A stretch of 58,706 nucleotides of DNA, counting the filler, from Nemertoderma westbladi (taxonomy: Eukaryota > Animalia > Xenacoelomorpha): assembly GCA_032718475.1 (NCBI GenBank). It is 3 parts of 3 records of this genome, joined end to end, with 100 filler letters (N's around TTAATTAATTAA, not from the genome) between each part and the next. Parts side by side here need not be neighbours in the genome. Positions count along the whole stretch, not along the records: positions 29,261 to 50,554 come from JAUCBJ010006563.1; 2 more parts are not named here. One strand, 5' to 3'. The notes under the pieces were generated by a model. That model ran no database searches and was not told where the DNA came from. It saw only the letters and a program-made list of their open reading frames with translations. Shown piece by piece: positions 37,701-50,654 of the stretch. The translations under genes were made by a program, and so were the position numbers. Each line of letters begins with the position of its first letter. Position 1 is the stretch's first letter.

Positions 37701-40120
37701 TGAAGCGAGGTATGGAGTGATGTATACAAAGTACCTTGGGGATAGTGATTCATCCATTTTTACAAAGGTGTCTGAATCTAAGCCTTACAAGCACATCCTG
37801 ATGGAAAAACTTGAATGTGTAGGTCACATCCAGAAGAGGATGGGGGGTAGACTATGCAAGTTGAAGTCAAAAAACAAGGGACAGAAGTTGGCAGATGGTA
37901 AGCTTCTGATTGGTAGGGGAGACTGACTGAATCTGAAGTAGACTCTCTACAAGTTTACTATGGAAAAGTGATTCGAGAGAACATGGATTCAGTTGCCAGT
38001 ATGCGACAAGCGATTTGGGCTATTTTTTACCATAAACTATCTACAGATGAAAAACCAATGCATCAATTGTGTCCAAAGGGTTTAGAGAGTTGGTGCAAAT
38101 TCAACAAGTCAAGTGAAACGGGGAAACCGTACCAGCATAAGCACAGTCTACCCGAAGCTGTAATGGAATGCATGAGGCCCATTTTCAGAGATTTGTCAAA
38201 CCCGGAGCTGCTGAAAAAGTGTCTTCATGGCAAGACACAAAACGTAAATGAGTCTTGGAATAATGTACTGTGGACCCATAGTGCATACGATGCAATCATA
38301 ACGTTCAACAATGGCACCTTGAGCCGTTGTGACCTTTTGAAACGTTTTGGATTGGGCCCCGGAATATATATGGAGCAGGGGCAGCATAATCTCGATGAAC
38401 AGCGTGTGTACAAGTCAGAGAAGGCTAACACTGAACTATCCAAATTAGCTAGGAAGCATAACCGTAAGAGGAAACTAGAGAAGGACGATGTGTGTGCTGA
38501 CTATGGAGCTGGGCTACATTAGTATGCATTTATGTGTAATTTCTGAAATACTATCAATTGGTCAATGTTGCTGAACAAATTAGTAATAGTAATAGTTTCT
38601 GAAATCTGCGAAATGGTACAATCGGTAATATACTAATAAGATATATATTTATGTACAATTTTCTGAATTTGCGCCAAAGATTTACTTTGCATTGAAACAC
38701 TTATGGTTACCAAATTAATATGTGAAATTTTGAAAATACGGTGTTTTTGTGCGTACCTACTTTTGGTCCATCATCAAATACAATTTGTTTTCAATTTGAT
38801 GCAAATTTCATGGGATGAATTGAATTCATCGTCCAAAATTACCTGTATAATATAAGGATTTGGGCTATCCAATGATTTTTAAAAAAAACAGGAAAATTGA
38901 ATTGAAATAAGATATTTGGTCAATTTTTGGTCCACTCGTATATTTTGAAAATATCATCCATATTCAGTATATTTCATTGCTCGATTAAATTTGCAGTAAT
39001 GAAAAACCCTTGTCTAAATAGATATGATCAACGGATTATTTTTTGCAAGTCTTCAATGAGTTTGTTTCGCAATTGCATCATTCGTTTAGTTTCAAATGTG
39101 GCCTAAACTTTAAAGTGAATTTTCTCAAAATGTGTATTTATATAATTTCGGTACACTTTTCTCGGTTATAAAATGGCCTCACGTTATGAAATTTGGTAGT
39201 CTAGATCAGATTTTTCCGCTGAATAACGTGAATTAACTGGTTTTTCGGAATGATGCACATAAAATGATTTATTTTACAGATTATAATTTTTATACCAGTT
39301 ATTTCTTGAATTTTTGGTTCCCCCACCGAAATATATTCGAATTTCGGTCCAAAACATGGATTTTTTCGAAATCCGAGAAATTCATCGTATCCGCCATAAA
39401 ATTCTGAATCGAAATCTGAAAACGACATAATAACATATTCAGTACTCCTGTAATGTGTACCGAAGCACTAAATGTATGGGGAAATTGACCAGCGCTGCTC
39501 CCCTTAAGGCACTGTGCCTCTAATGCACACACAGTCCAATGTGCAAATGGGTGAAATGTTATTTCGAAATGTTAGATGATGATCATAGAACTGTGAAATC
39601 CATATATATTTTGGAGGTTCGTTAATCCACTTCTCAATGTTATGAAATTTGCAGAATTCTTGAACTATGTATGGGCCCCATTGCAGATTTATTAACACCA
39701 AATCCTGCCCATGCCATTACTCATATCACACTTGCAATATATTCCTTATGTTCTTCGGTTAAGAATTTATGTCTCCCACTTGAGCTGCTTAATACTATAG
39801 CCTGCTGTTGTAATCCCAAAGCACAATGCATTGTTGTCTCAAACATATGGTTGGTGTGTGCCTTAGCACATTTATCAATACTCGATTAGGTATTATTAGC
39901 ATGATTTGCATGCAGCTATGGCCAATTCCAAAGTTTTCTCAGTCCATGATTTGACTTCTTTTTATAGTACCTGTACTTTGTAGCTTTTTTATATTTTTCA
40001 CCAGATAATATGGGTGTAGGTAATGGAATTACTGCTGAGGATGAAAGTGAGGATGAATCTTGCACTTGTGCCCCACTGCTTCCATAACAAGACACCCTGT
40101 AGTCTTTGCAGGACATTGCT
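34740..40120 (-). pseudogene. Highly degenerate pogo/Tigger-like (DDE_1) transposase, split by a Kolobok insertion
   Basis: LPNATHIL*PLDVAVFKSLK DDE motif at ~35860-35925; HTH-like remnants at 39510-39990; S/T/P-rich linker at 35090-35400; boundaries approximate. Confidence 0.65.
36167..39503 (+). mobile_element. Kolobok DNA transposon with an intron-containing, disrupted transposase
   Basis: TTAA TSD (36163-36166 and 39504-39507); TIRs GGGGAGCA..GC.GGT; SFDGTWQKRGH, GSSGGME, YLGDSDS, LECVGHIQKRMG, TQNVNESWN motifs at 36552-38522; GT-AG intron 37431-37675; stop at ~37079 and frameshifts. Confidence 0.88.
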
Positions 40121-41722
40121 TTTTTGAACGAACGAAATTTTGAAATTATAATTTGTTAGATTAGTTAGATTTGTTAGTTATTTCGCGGCACTATACTAAT
40201 TTTTAACGAAGCCTTGGGACTTCAAAGTCTAAAAATAATTTAAAAATGCTATAATCATCAACATAGTATATAGATTTTTAAATAATTTTTAGTAAATAGA
40301 TTTTCAATTTAGATCACATGAAATATATAAAAAAGGGTTTCTCATCTTTGTAAAATCATCATTGTAAAACACAATTTAATTTTTTATAGAATGCCCTTAT
40401 CTGCTAATGTATTAAATTATATAATGTATTATTATTTATTATTTCTAGCTACATCGTAGCTTAGGTGATGTATAATTAACCGTTCCCATGTGTTTAAAAT
40501 ATAATCAAGATATTTTTCCAAAATATGTTCTGGAATAAAAAATATTTGTAACTGAGGGTTCATTTTTTTTAAATAAATAGCTAGCATATTCTAGAACGAT
40601 TTCGATACAAAAAGCAACAAGTACTAACTAGCTATATTAAAAAATTGGAGAGGTAAATACTAAATTGTGGAGTGGGGTTCGCTTTACCTTATTATGCAGG
40701 ATGGCCCTCTTCGTGTTCAATAAGTTCGACCACATGTGATAAACAGAATATCAGTATATCATTATCATTTTTATTAGCTATGGAATAGATGTTAGTTAAC
40801 ATCCTGCCAAAAATTGCATCACTCGTATGTTCCACTCTTCAGATTGAGTTAATAGTTCACATTTTTTAACAACTCCCCGAACCTCATCATTCCGGAAAAA
40901 ATGAGATTTGCATTTTTTACTCCATTAGTCACACCATTAATATTTATGAAGATATTTACATTCAAAAGATACTCCGTTTTAGGATTGAGAATCAAAAAGG
41001 TGAGTAAGAAAAATACTCCATTTTGCCATTCACTGAGATCAAGCCAATATTGGCAGGAATTATTGAATGTGGCTGACAGTTAAGTCAGGCAGCAGGATAA
41101 TGAAATTGAAATATTTTTAATTAGTTGGTGGTATGCAGTACTCTATGAGTATTCTGGTGTACCAGTAGGATAGTTCTGAAACAGGACAATTACCGAAAGC
41201 TACCAAAAGTTATGTGAAAGTTATTGCGAGGTAAAAGCAGGGGGGTGAAAGCTATCCATTTACTGGTAGGGGGTACATTTCGCACTTTCGGCGTCCAATA
41301 TCATTCATAAACAAAAAAGATATGAGCTATAACTCAAATAATTACCGTTTAATTTCAAATAAACCTTCGCAAAATATAAATTCACTGATACAGTACACAG
41401 CAGTAGTACAGTAAGCAGTAGTACAGTAAGGCAGTACTGCAGTAAGTGTTGTAGTGCTGTAACTGTACTCCAGTGCTAGGCTAGGAACTGCAGTACTGAG
41501 GTTCCTGCTACCATAAGACTCTAGACCGGTTACCATCTGACAGCTGGACGGCTGAAGGATGGCCTACAGTACAAATATTAAACTGTAAACGATATTTGAT
41601 AACGGTGGTGATTGATAGTAAATCCGGTACTGGTACCGATTATGATTACCAGTACCCTACTCAGAACTGTATTAGGAAGTTTGACACTAACAGTGGCGAT
41701 CATTTAGATCAGTGGAAATGGC

Positions 41723-43119
41723 GACGTAATGGCAGTAATGTTAATTATTTTTTGCTGACTTTTGATAATGGTTAAATCAACATTCTTAAACCCTGAAAAT
41801 TCGGATTTCTTTTACGCAATAATTTTTATTGTCCGTTTAAATCCTTTTTTTGTCCTTTTTTTTATTTTTTATGTCCTCCAAAAGTCTAATGTTAGGTTCC
41901 ATGCTACCGGTTTCTCTACTGCTCTTCTCTCAGGCTATCAGTACCGGTATTAGTATATATAGCACTATTTTGCTGTATTGTATGTACAGATGTAGGTATA
42001 AAGCAGGTATTTCTGTATTTTAGTACCGGTACCGGCACCGGTACTGCTATAGGCCTACTGTGTAGCCTACCATTTAAATACGGTAATGGTAGGCCTACCG
42101 GTTGTGCTAATAAATTTTAAATAATTGATAGGCCAAACTGGATTGCAGGATTTTTAAAATGTGGATATACCTTTCACATAATTTAGGCCTAGTACTGTAT
42201 TAGTTTTATCGTCTCTGTAACCTGCTCCTTTCCCTCAATTAGTTAAATGATCGTTTATTGTTTTGGTTAGAAAATCCCGCCTCTGTAACCTGCCCCTTTC
42301 CCTCAATTTGTTAAATGATCGTTTATTGTTTTGGTTAGAAAATCCCGCCTCTGTAATCTGCTCCTTTCCCTGAAATGGTAAAGTGACCGTTTATTGTTTT
42401 GGTTAGAAAGGCCCGCCTCTGTAACCTGCCCCTTTCCCTCAATTAGTTAAGTGATCGTTTATTGTTTTGGTTAGAAAATTCCGCCTCTGTAACCTGTCCC
42501 TTTCCCTCAATTAGTTAAATGATCGTTTATTGTTTTGGTTAGAAAATCCCGCCTCTGTAACCTGCTCCTTTCCCTCAATAAGTTAAGTGATCGTTTATTG
42601 TTTTGGTTAGAAAATCCCGCCTCTGTAACCTGCTCCTTTCCCTCAATTAGTTAAGTGATCGTTTATTGTTTTGGTTAGAAAATCCCGTCTCTGTAACCTG
42701 CTCCTTTCCCTGATTTGGTAAAGTGACTGTTTATTGTTTTGGTTAGAAAACTCGGCCTTAACCTGCTCCTTTCCATCAATTGGTAATTGTTTTTGGCTAT
42801 AAAATGAGTGTTTTGCTACGTTATGTGGTAATCGATTATCGACAACAACCACAAACTATTAAATTTAGAGTCTTTTACCACAGGCGCATATGGAAATCTA
42901 TCTCATAGTCTATAAATCATGGAATCATGGAATTTTTGGCACAGGCATAGTGAAATCAACTGTCTGACAGTCCAGAAATCAGCAGTCTGACAGTTTGAAG
43001 AAATACATACATAAAAAATCATTAAAAGGACAATGAAAGTCATTAAATGGACAACAAAAGTCATTATGCATAATTCGTAAAAAAAAATGACAAATAAAAG
43101 GACATAAAAAATCACTGCC
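41723..43119 (-). mobile_element. Non-autonomous element with 68-bp tandem array (copy 2, inverted)
   Basis: Reverse complement of 1671-4560 without the LINE; carries GACGTAATGGCAGT at its other end; array at ~42205-42785. Confidence 0.82.
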
Positions 43120-44211
43120 TTTCTTTTATAGTGTTCGGTTCGGCAACAGTTGGATCAAGTTGGATCAGTTGGACAAAGATCTACCTATTCGGATTTTGAA
43201 ACAAGCCTGATATGTATAAACATGACATGAACCCGAATTATGGGAAAGTGCCCTATGGGCGTTTTTCTATGGTGTTTTTCGTTTATGTCTATTTTTTGAG
43301 CCCAGAGGCTGTGGTCGGAGTACCCGATCATGCAAGGGACCTTAGAATCCGGCCAGCCAGCCACTGAAAATTTCATCGAAATCACTCTCGGTTCCTAATA
43401 ATGGATTTATTGTGTTTAGTGCTGAGAATTATAACAGTGATGATACTTTTGAGAAGTTGTTGGCAGATCTTAAGGAAGAACAAACGGTTAGAGGTTTGTT
43501 AAAGTAACATGTGGGTAGTGGGTGTCAGGTGGGTAAAGGTGGAGTTCCTTACTATAAGATTTTTTTCCCAGAAATTATTACACAAATGCATCAAAACCTT
43601 ACAAAAACTGAGAATGATGTTTGTATTGTGCTCAGTTAGTCTAGTACAATGTATTATGGACATGGACTTGGGCATAGATTTTATGGTTTAGTTATCTGTT
43701 TCTTCACGTTCTGGGTCCTAAATGATTTCATAATTTACAGGAACATTATGCGAAGAATGGGGTGCTCATGAACTCAGGAACTTGTAGGAAAAGTTTCAAA
43801 TTTCACCAAAGATGCAGCTTCTGTAGTGGCAGACATCGTACAGTTTATATTTATGTAGCCGATCAATGTGTTGTCCATATTCCACAGTGTGCCTGGGGAT
43901 GACCAACCACTCATGAAAATTGCCTTCTCCACAAATTTGCACACAATCAATTTTGTTTGAAAGGGTTGAAAAAATCGAAAAATTAAAATATTTTGTCGAG
44001 GACTTTTTTATTAGGCAAAAAAATGTAGGCAAAATTTTCAATTAGGGTTAGCAGGTCGGTATTGCCAACAGTGAACTTTTTGTGCTTATAGGAAAACCAA
44101 TTAATGCTGCAGAACATTGGTTTAGAAATTGTAGTCACCCTTTTTGAATTTTAGTGTGGGTGACATATCACATCGGATGCTTCATTGTTTTAAGAAGGGA
44201 GGGCAATTTAA

Positions 44212-44345
44212 ATAACTATGCTTATTGCCCGCTAATCAAGTTATTTTCCCTGATATTTTACCCCTAGGGCAGGAATTACTTTCATGTCCCGAGGATGTAA
44301 AATATCAGGGAAAATAACTCGATTAGTGGGTAAATATGTTATTAC
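44212..44345. mobile_element. Small fold-back/MITE hairpin (~130 bp)
   Basis: CTAATCAAGTTATTTTCCCTGATATTTTAC / GTAAAATATCAGGGAAAATAACTCGATTAG near-perfect inverted arms. Confidence 0.7.
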
Positions 44346-44582
44346 CCATTTCGAACCATTTCCTTGGTGGTATTAATCTCGATGTTCCAGATTATTTAAC
44401 AGTTCTAAAAGGGTTTTGTTTGGGGGCAGGTAAAGTAAATGGGGCTTGGAGTGTTTGGGGAATAATAAATATGAATATTTATTTATAATAAGAACGAATT
44501 CAATCTTTCTCGATCTATTCCACATGATCTTCCATTTTTCTATAAATATTCAGTCAATATTCTTGAACTGTAAGTACTACGG

Positions 44583-44945
44583 TTTTTATTGCTGATATTG
44601 GATTGAGACAAATACAAACAATAAAAAAAAACAACACAAAACAAACAATGGCTGTAATACCCACCACCAGGAAACAATCATACTTTAAAAATATCTTTTA
44701 GGTAGGAGTGGGAAAAGTCCAACAATATATTATTTACAGGTTTATTTACATGGCCAATGTTGGGAGACCGGCCCCGTCCTCAAATCCCAGACCGCTACGC
44801 CACCTCGTGCGAGATCCGCGCAGGCAGTGGGACGTACCGCGGACAATGGCGAACTGCACTCGCGTGCGGACCCATCCCATAACGGTGGTGTAGGGTTTAC
44901 CCCAGGCGCTGTGGAGTTTGGTGGCGATAATGCGGAGCAGCATGT
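44583..44945 (-). mobile_element. 3' fragment of a CRE-clade (RLE) non-LTR retrotransposon
   Basis: GC-rich island encoding IATKL...WGKPYTTVMGWVRTRVQFAIVRGTSHCLRGSR...GFEDGAGL*, typical of the CRE C-terminus; 3' UTR ends AATAAAAA. Confidence 0.75.
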
Positions 44946-46074
44946 TCATGTTCATGTTAATATTCTTGAACTTCATTCATGTAAATTAGTAGTAAGAAGT
45001 AAAGACCAATCTTAATCTAAAGCTGTATTTGTGCGTGAAAGGATGTCCGCCACTGGAGGGCTACTCAAATAATGTTTCGGGTTTCTTACTATATCAACTA
45101 TGGGTTTTCAAATAATCACAATCCAGGATTTCTGTTACCACAGCAAAGGAGGGTTGCTATGGGACGAACCACGAAGTCTTGGTGAACCTTAGCACAGCGG
45201 TAAAATTACAACTTAAATACAATACAACTTCAAATAGTTCTTCTTTCTGCCACTACGGTGTGAATTGTTCGAAACTAGAAGTGCTGTAATTATTATAGAA
45301 CCAACCAACCATCAGATTCAATGTTTGAACGCTAATAAGTCGACCAATCATTGATGAAAAGGAACAAAGCTTGGAACACATGTGGTCTATCAAAATTCCT
45401 GTTTTATTTATTAATTCCTGTTAGACCACAGAAACGGGTGGTTATTACATGGCCGTTTCGCACTAGCAGATGCACCTAGAGTTGTGGGTTGAACACCTAC
45501 TGCTAATAACAAGTATGGTCTTGCACATGGTCACTGTTATATAATTATGTTGCCATAGTAACTGGTTGTTAGGGCTGTTTTACCGGTTTTACAAGATGGA
45601 AAGCAGATGGTACCATCACTTACCATCCCTATATCCAGTATGGTCTATCACATGGTTACTGACATGAAATCTTGTCGCCATAACAACAGGTCGTTTGAGC
45701 TGTTTTGCAAGATCAGAGGTATTTTTACATGGCTAAGTTTAAATAATAAACGTCACTCCGATTGAGTGCTATTTCTACAACTGTAATCCACATTGACATG
45801 GAGTACCGGTATGTAAATTCGTTTATTGTACCCAAACACAGTAGCCTATATACTTATTTCAAGTGTATAAAAGAAGAGACACATTGAAATTATTAGAAGC
45901 CGTTCTTAATGTTCATAGATTTTTGCATGTTAAAATAATCAAAACAATAACAATATTAAATTTTAATGCAGGTATAAATTCACTATATACTAATCATCAA
46001 AGGTCACTCAATGATTAGCTACATTCATTCAGATAATTAGAATATAATATGTATCCAATTAGAAATTCAAATTT

Positions 46075-46620
46075 GTTTATATTACCAAGAAAATAATTGT
46101 TTAAACAGATTCGTTTTTTTTTTCGAAAATATTCAAATATATTTATATTACAAAGAAATTAATAAAAACAAGCAGTTTCGTTGTGTTTCAGAAATAATCA
46201 AATGTATTTATATTACAAAGAAAATAATAGATCAAATATATTTATTTCCATGAAAATTATTTAAACAGTTACCTTTCTGATTAAAAAAAATTAAAATTTA
46301 TTTATATTAGCCTACCAAGAAAATATTGTAAACAGTTTCGTTTGTGTTTCGAAAAAATTCAAATATATTTAGAACAATATTACAAAGAAAATAATATAAA
46401 CAGATTCCTTGTTCTTCGAAAATATTCAATTAAATTTATATTACAAAGAAAATATATTTAAACAGATTCCTTGTGCTTCGAAAATATTCAAATAAATTTA
46501 TATTACAAAGAAAATATATTTAAACACTTGTGCTTCGAAAATAATTAAATTTATTAATTTAACAAAGAAAATAACATATTCAATGTAATCTATATTACCA
46601 AAAAAACAAATTAAACAGTT
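46075..46620. repeat. Degenerate AT-rich tandem repeat, ~60-65 bp unit
   Basis: Recurring TATATTACAAAGAAAAT...AAACAG...TTCGAAAATATTCAAAT. Confidence 0.8.
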
Positions 46621-46639
46621 TCCTTTCCATCTTATTTCG

Positions 46640-47730
46640 ATAAAATTATGGCTTATCGAAGTAAACATTTACTGCACCATTAAAGGTGTTCGATGAGAAA
46701 AGGTTCAAAGCAGATCACAAATTTTGATCTACATTGATTCGAATGAACAAAGATGAAGTAGTAGCCTGTCTTGAGACGGATGAGTGCCCATGAGTCTGTG
46801 TGGACACCTCATCGTCAAGACCAGGAGTAGGACTACTATTGACATTCAATCCCCGATCCATATCATTATCCCTGTCTGTTGACCATACACTATGTACCAG
46901 TAGGGGCTTTGGCATTAGCCTCAGCTGTATTTTGACGCTTATTACTATCAGATGAGTTAGTATCCCTATCTTTTCACTTCCTGGAAATACACTTTGTTGA
47001 GCATTGCTAACATTTAATAAATTCGACGTACTTGGTTTCAAATAACCAGTTGTAGTGGAAAGATTCTTGTGACCAAGTTATACTGGGCAAACGTAGGGGG
47101 GAGATTGTCATCAACAGTGGCTTGGGCTGCAGTTTTACGATAGGAGTAATCATTTGGCCAGTTGCATTAATATTTTATTCTGTTTTACAAATAGCTTGTA
47201 CAAATGCATGCTATACTTTGACCAGGTAGGAAGATACTTCCTATTTGACTTCATTCTTGACACTGTCATCCAACCTGTTATTTCCACCACTACCATCCTT
47301 TTTTGGCTATCCAGATTTGGTCCTATGTTTAACTGTATAGTGAAGTTCATTGGCACCATTAGCCAATGTCTTCAGAAGAAATGCTCGACACACCCTCATC
47401 TTAACTCCACTTTTAACAAGGTGATACCCATGGGTAACTTGTTTACGCCCATCCACAATACGAGACTGGTTGACTGTCTTTACCATGTTATTTAGATACT
47501 GGTGATGTGATTCTCTATCAGCCATGTCAATCCAATACAATGAAAATGCTGCAAAAAAATGTAAAAAAAATGTGTTGTTCCAATTCCAAAGCAAATTCCA
47601 AAAGTTCAATTCCAAAAGCGTCTTCATCAGGTTGTACAACTTCTGCCAAGTTGTATTTCTGATCATAGTCATAGTCATAATCATAACTAACAGCAATATT
47701 CTGATTCCTACTCAGCAGACAAGTTTTCGT
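46640..47730 (-). pseudogene. Degenerate Sola-like DNA transposase remnant
   Basis: YHL....MRVCRAFLLKTL resembles the VCKxxFLxTL motif of Sola transposases; many stops; boundaries approximate. Confidence 0.45.
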
Positions 47731-48058
47731 CATTCACGACTTGTTAAAATAAATGAGTTTTCGTACGCCCAACAAGTATCTTTTATATTATAATGTTACC
47801 AATTAATTTCTCCTACGAGCATCATCAGGGACTAACTATAACTCTTTAAGAAATATACAGCACGCAGATTAGGCCTACCTAAGCTAGTTGCTGGCCGTCT
47901 GTGGATGGGCAGTGAAATCATATCTATGGATGGGCAGTTAAATCGCATTTCACTTCTTTTGCATTATCTTGAGCTTGGCTTTTTCCCATAAACTCTCAAT
48001 TCTTTGAGTGTTTGCTATATAGTTGTATTCACATTTTCCTTTCCTTTCTTTGAGTGAT

Positions 48059-48866
48059 TTACCTTATGGTGAAAATACTTCCCACTTCTATCATTTGATC
48101 GCAAGGGTCATTTCTTGGTAGTGATTCCGACATAAGAGCATAAGCAGCCCACCCATCCGAGTTAATAATACACCCGCCTTTGACATATGCCTGAACGATT
48201 GGTCTCAGAGTTCTTGTGTTTCGCCTGAGGACACGAAACATTCTTACTTCTAGATTCCCATCAGGCCTCTTGCAGACCATCACAAATATCCAAGGTCCCA
48301 TTACCTGCTTTCCATAATTCTTTGAAGCAAGTGGGGGCATGGAACAGCATTTCCCAACAACATTCTCCCACGATTGTACTTGCGTATGCCCACAAAATAT
48401 GACTCATCAATCTGGTCAATTGGTCCAGGCCTACAAATCATTGGAGCTTCACACATTTCTTGATACATTAGTTCGCAGGTATTATTGTGCCAATCGACAA
48501 GTACTTCATTGTTATAGTATCCAATGATTCCACCTAAAAGACGGTGCTTTTCTCTGAAACTAACTTCAGAAACAAACATGTATTCGATCCATGAATCTGA
48601 ATAACGAGGAACTTTGTCTTAGTTCCAAAAAACGTGTTTTCCTTAGCCTTTACACCACCATACCAAATAGAAATACCAATCTTTAAAAACAGTCACCAAG
48701 TGAACATCAGTGGTACACTCATCATTTTCATCATTTGAAGGGAGCAACCCCTTCAACTGATCAAATTCAATGGCTTTTGCCTCCATTAATAGAGCCAAAC
48801 AAATTTTTCAATACCAATATCAACCTCAATTGGTGTATTTTTAAATGTCATTTGATGTTTAGACAT
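48059..48866 (-). pseudogene. Merlin (IS1595/ISXO2-like) transposase remnant
   Basis: QIDESYF...RKYNRGR, WIF, RNTRTLRPIV...GCIINSDGWAAY motifs; frameshifted. Confidence 0.88.
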
Positions 48867-49659
48867 AGCCTGCTAAAAAAATCATATATTATGATAATTT
48901 TATAATGTTCTTGAATGAATAAAAATAACCATATCAACAATATAATTTACATCAAAAAAGGAATTTCGAGATTATTATATTATATTATTTACCATCAATT
49001 TTTTTTTCGAAAAAATTTTCTAGAACAAAAAATACTTGTTCTAGAACATTATTTTTTGTTTAAATTAATAGCTAAATCACTTTCACTAATAGTATTCTAG
49101 AACACTTTCAAAAGAAAATTTACCAAGAAAAGCTAGTATAAAAAATTGTGGGGTGTTGTACGGATGCCATAGTAGTACCCGTGGCTGTTGGTGAGGTACA
49201 TTCGGCAGCCTCGGTTGTAGGAGAGGATCCATCTGTAGCTGTTGGTGTGGCGCAACCTACAGGGTCGACTTAGTGGTTGACCCGGCTCCTCCAGGTTGTA
49301 ACAGCACCATTAGTAATATTACAATTATAAGAATTACCAGAATAGATGATAATATTTCGAATGCAAGTTTAACCTGTTTATCCACATCTTTTAGTATTTG
49401 TCATAACCAGTTTGATTGTTGTTCTGCATTGCTCTGCAGTGGTGAGCTCGGAATTTCACCTCAATGTTTTCTGCTTGTGTTTGTGCTGCTGGATGCTCAA
49501 CTTCATCCAATTAAATTTCTTCCACAGCCATTGTATATGAACTCTATGCATAAAAACTACTTGTTCCACTGAACAAAGACGACATGGTCACTTGATGTCT
49601 ATGAATTTTTTATGTTAAATACTCGAAGTGAATAATACATAAAGCACCTGTTATGTTGC

Positions 49660-50554
49660 TGGACTCCCTCACACACAGAAACTTGTTGCTACGTGCTGCC
49701 CACGTATGCCCAAGAGCTGTCAGTCCACCAGAACAGGGAGAAACCACTATCGCCCTGGAGTGCAAGGGAGTTCGACGAAGCACTGGTCACCATTGGTTTC
49801 CAGCACCCTCCCCTCACACAATCTGGCTTTGTACTTCCCAGACCACTCTTTCATCACTCTAAGTTGATAGACTTTTAGCCCATCCTCAATAGGATGAGGA
49901 TTCACAGTTCCCATCCCGTACACTGCGCCATCCTTGTCCGCATCATCGTGAATAAGTGGATATTCGACATCACCACAATATAACAGACATCTTTTAGTAA
50001 TGTGGCTCTTAGTGACAATGCTGCCATTGATGAAGAAACCCCACCCCACATACAAAGACATTCCCAGCAACCATTCCTTGGTTAGTTCTACCACTTCTCC
50101 CTCATGTGGTCTTCGCTTCGGAGTCTTGACCATTCCCATGGAGATCCCCCACTATGAATGTTGAATCCATTACTATCAGTGGGCTCCAAACCAACCTCAT
50201 GAGCATTTGCTCGCGTGCGCAATCCACTGGTGACAGTTCCAAGCCCGGTGGGCCTAGCAGTAATCACCATGTCAGAGAGAAGGACCATGCAAACCACCAT
50301 GATGAATACTCCTATGTATTTAGCCATGCGTGCTGCAGTTTCTTTTCCTACTTTATCCAATCCAAAACCTGCAGAGGCTAACAAAGCAAGTGCCATGCAA
50401 AAGATAATATCTCTCTTTTGTGTGGTATCCACTCCCCCTCCAAATGGTCTCAACATACTGGATGATAAAGCACGCCAATCCCAAGATAGCCAGTAAACAA
50501 CTCGTCATGAGCCAATCACCTATGAAACAAATACCCTATCACTGTTCGTTCCCA
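49660..50554 (-). pseudogene. Endogenous flavivirus-like element: membrane NS2A/NS2B-like region plus NS3 serine protease domain
   Basis: VGWGFFINGSIVTKSHIT...DKDGAVYG...PG(fs)DSG; G37, G39, G44, T48, H51, D75, Y79 and G80 fall at dengue NS3 spacing and the Ser is within one residue of S135; upstream hydrophobic helices; no introns. Confidence 0.82.
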
Positions 50555-50654
50555 NNNNNNNNNNNNNNNNNNNNNNNNNNNNNNNNNNNNNNNNNNNNTT
50601 AATTAATTAANNNNNNNNNNNNNNNNNNNNNNNNNNNNNNNNNNNNNNNNNNNN
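50555..50654. other. Assembly spacer (44 N + TTAATTAATTAA + 44 N)
   Basis: Same linker as 29161-29260. Confidence 0.97.
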
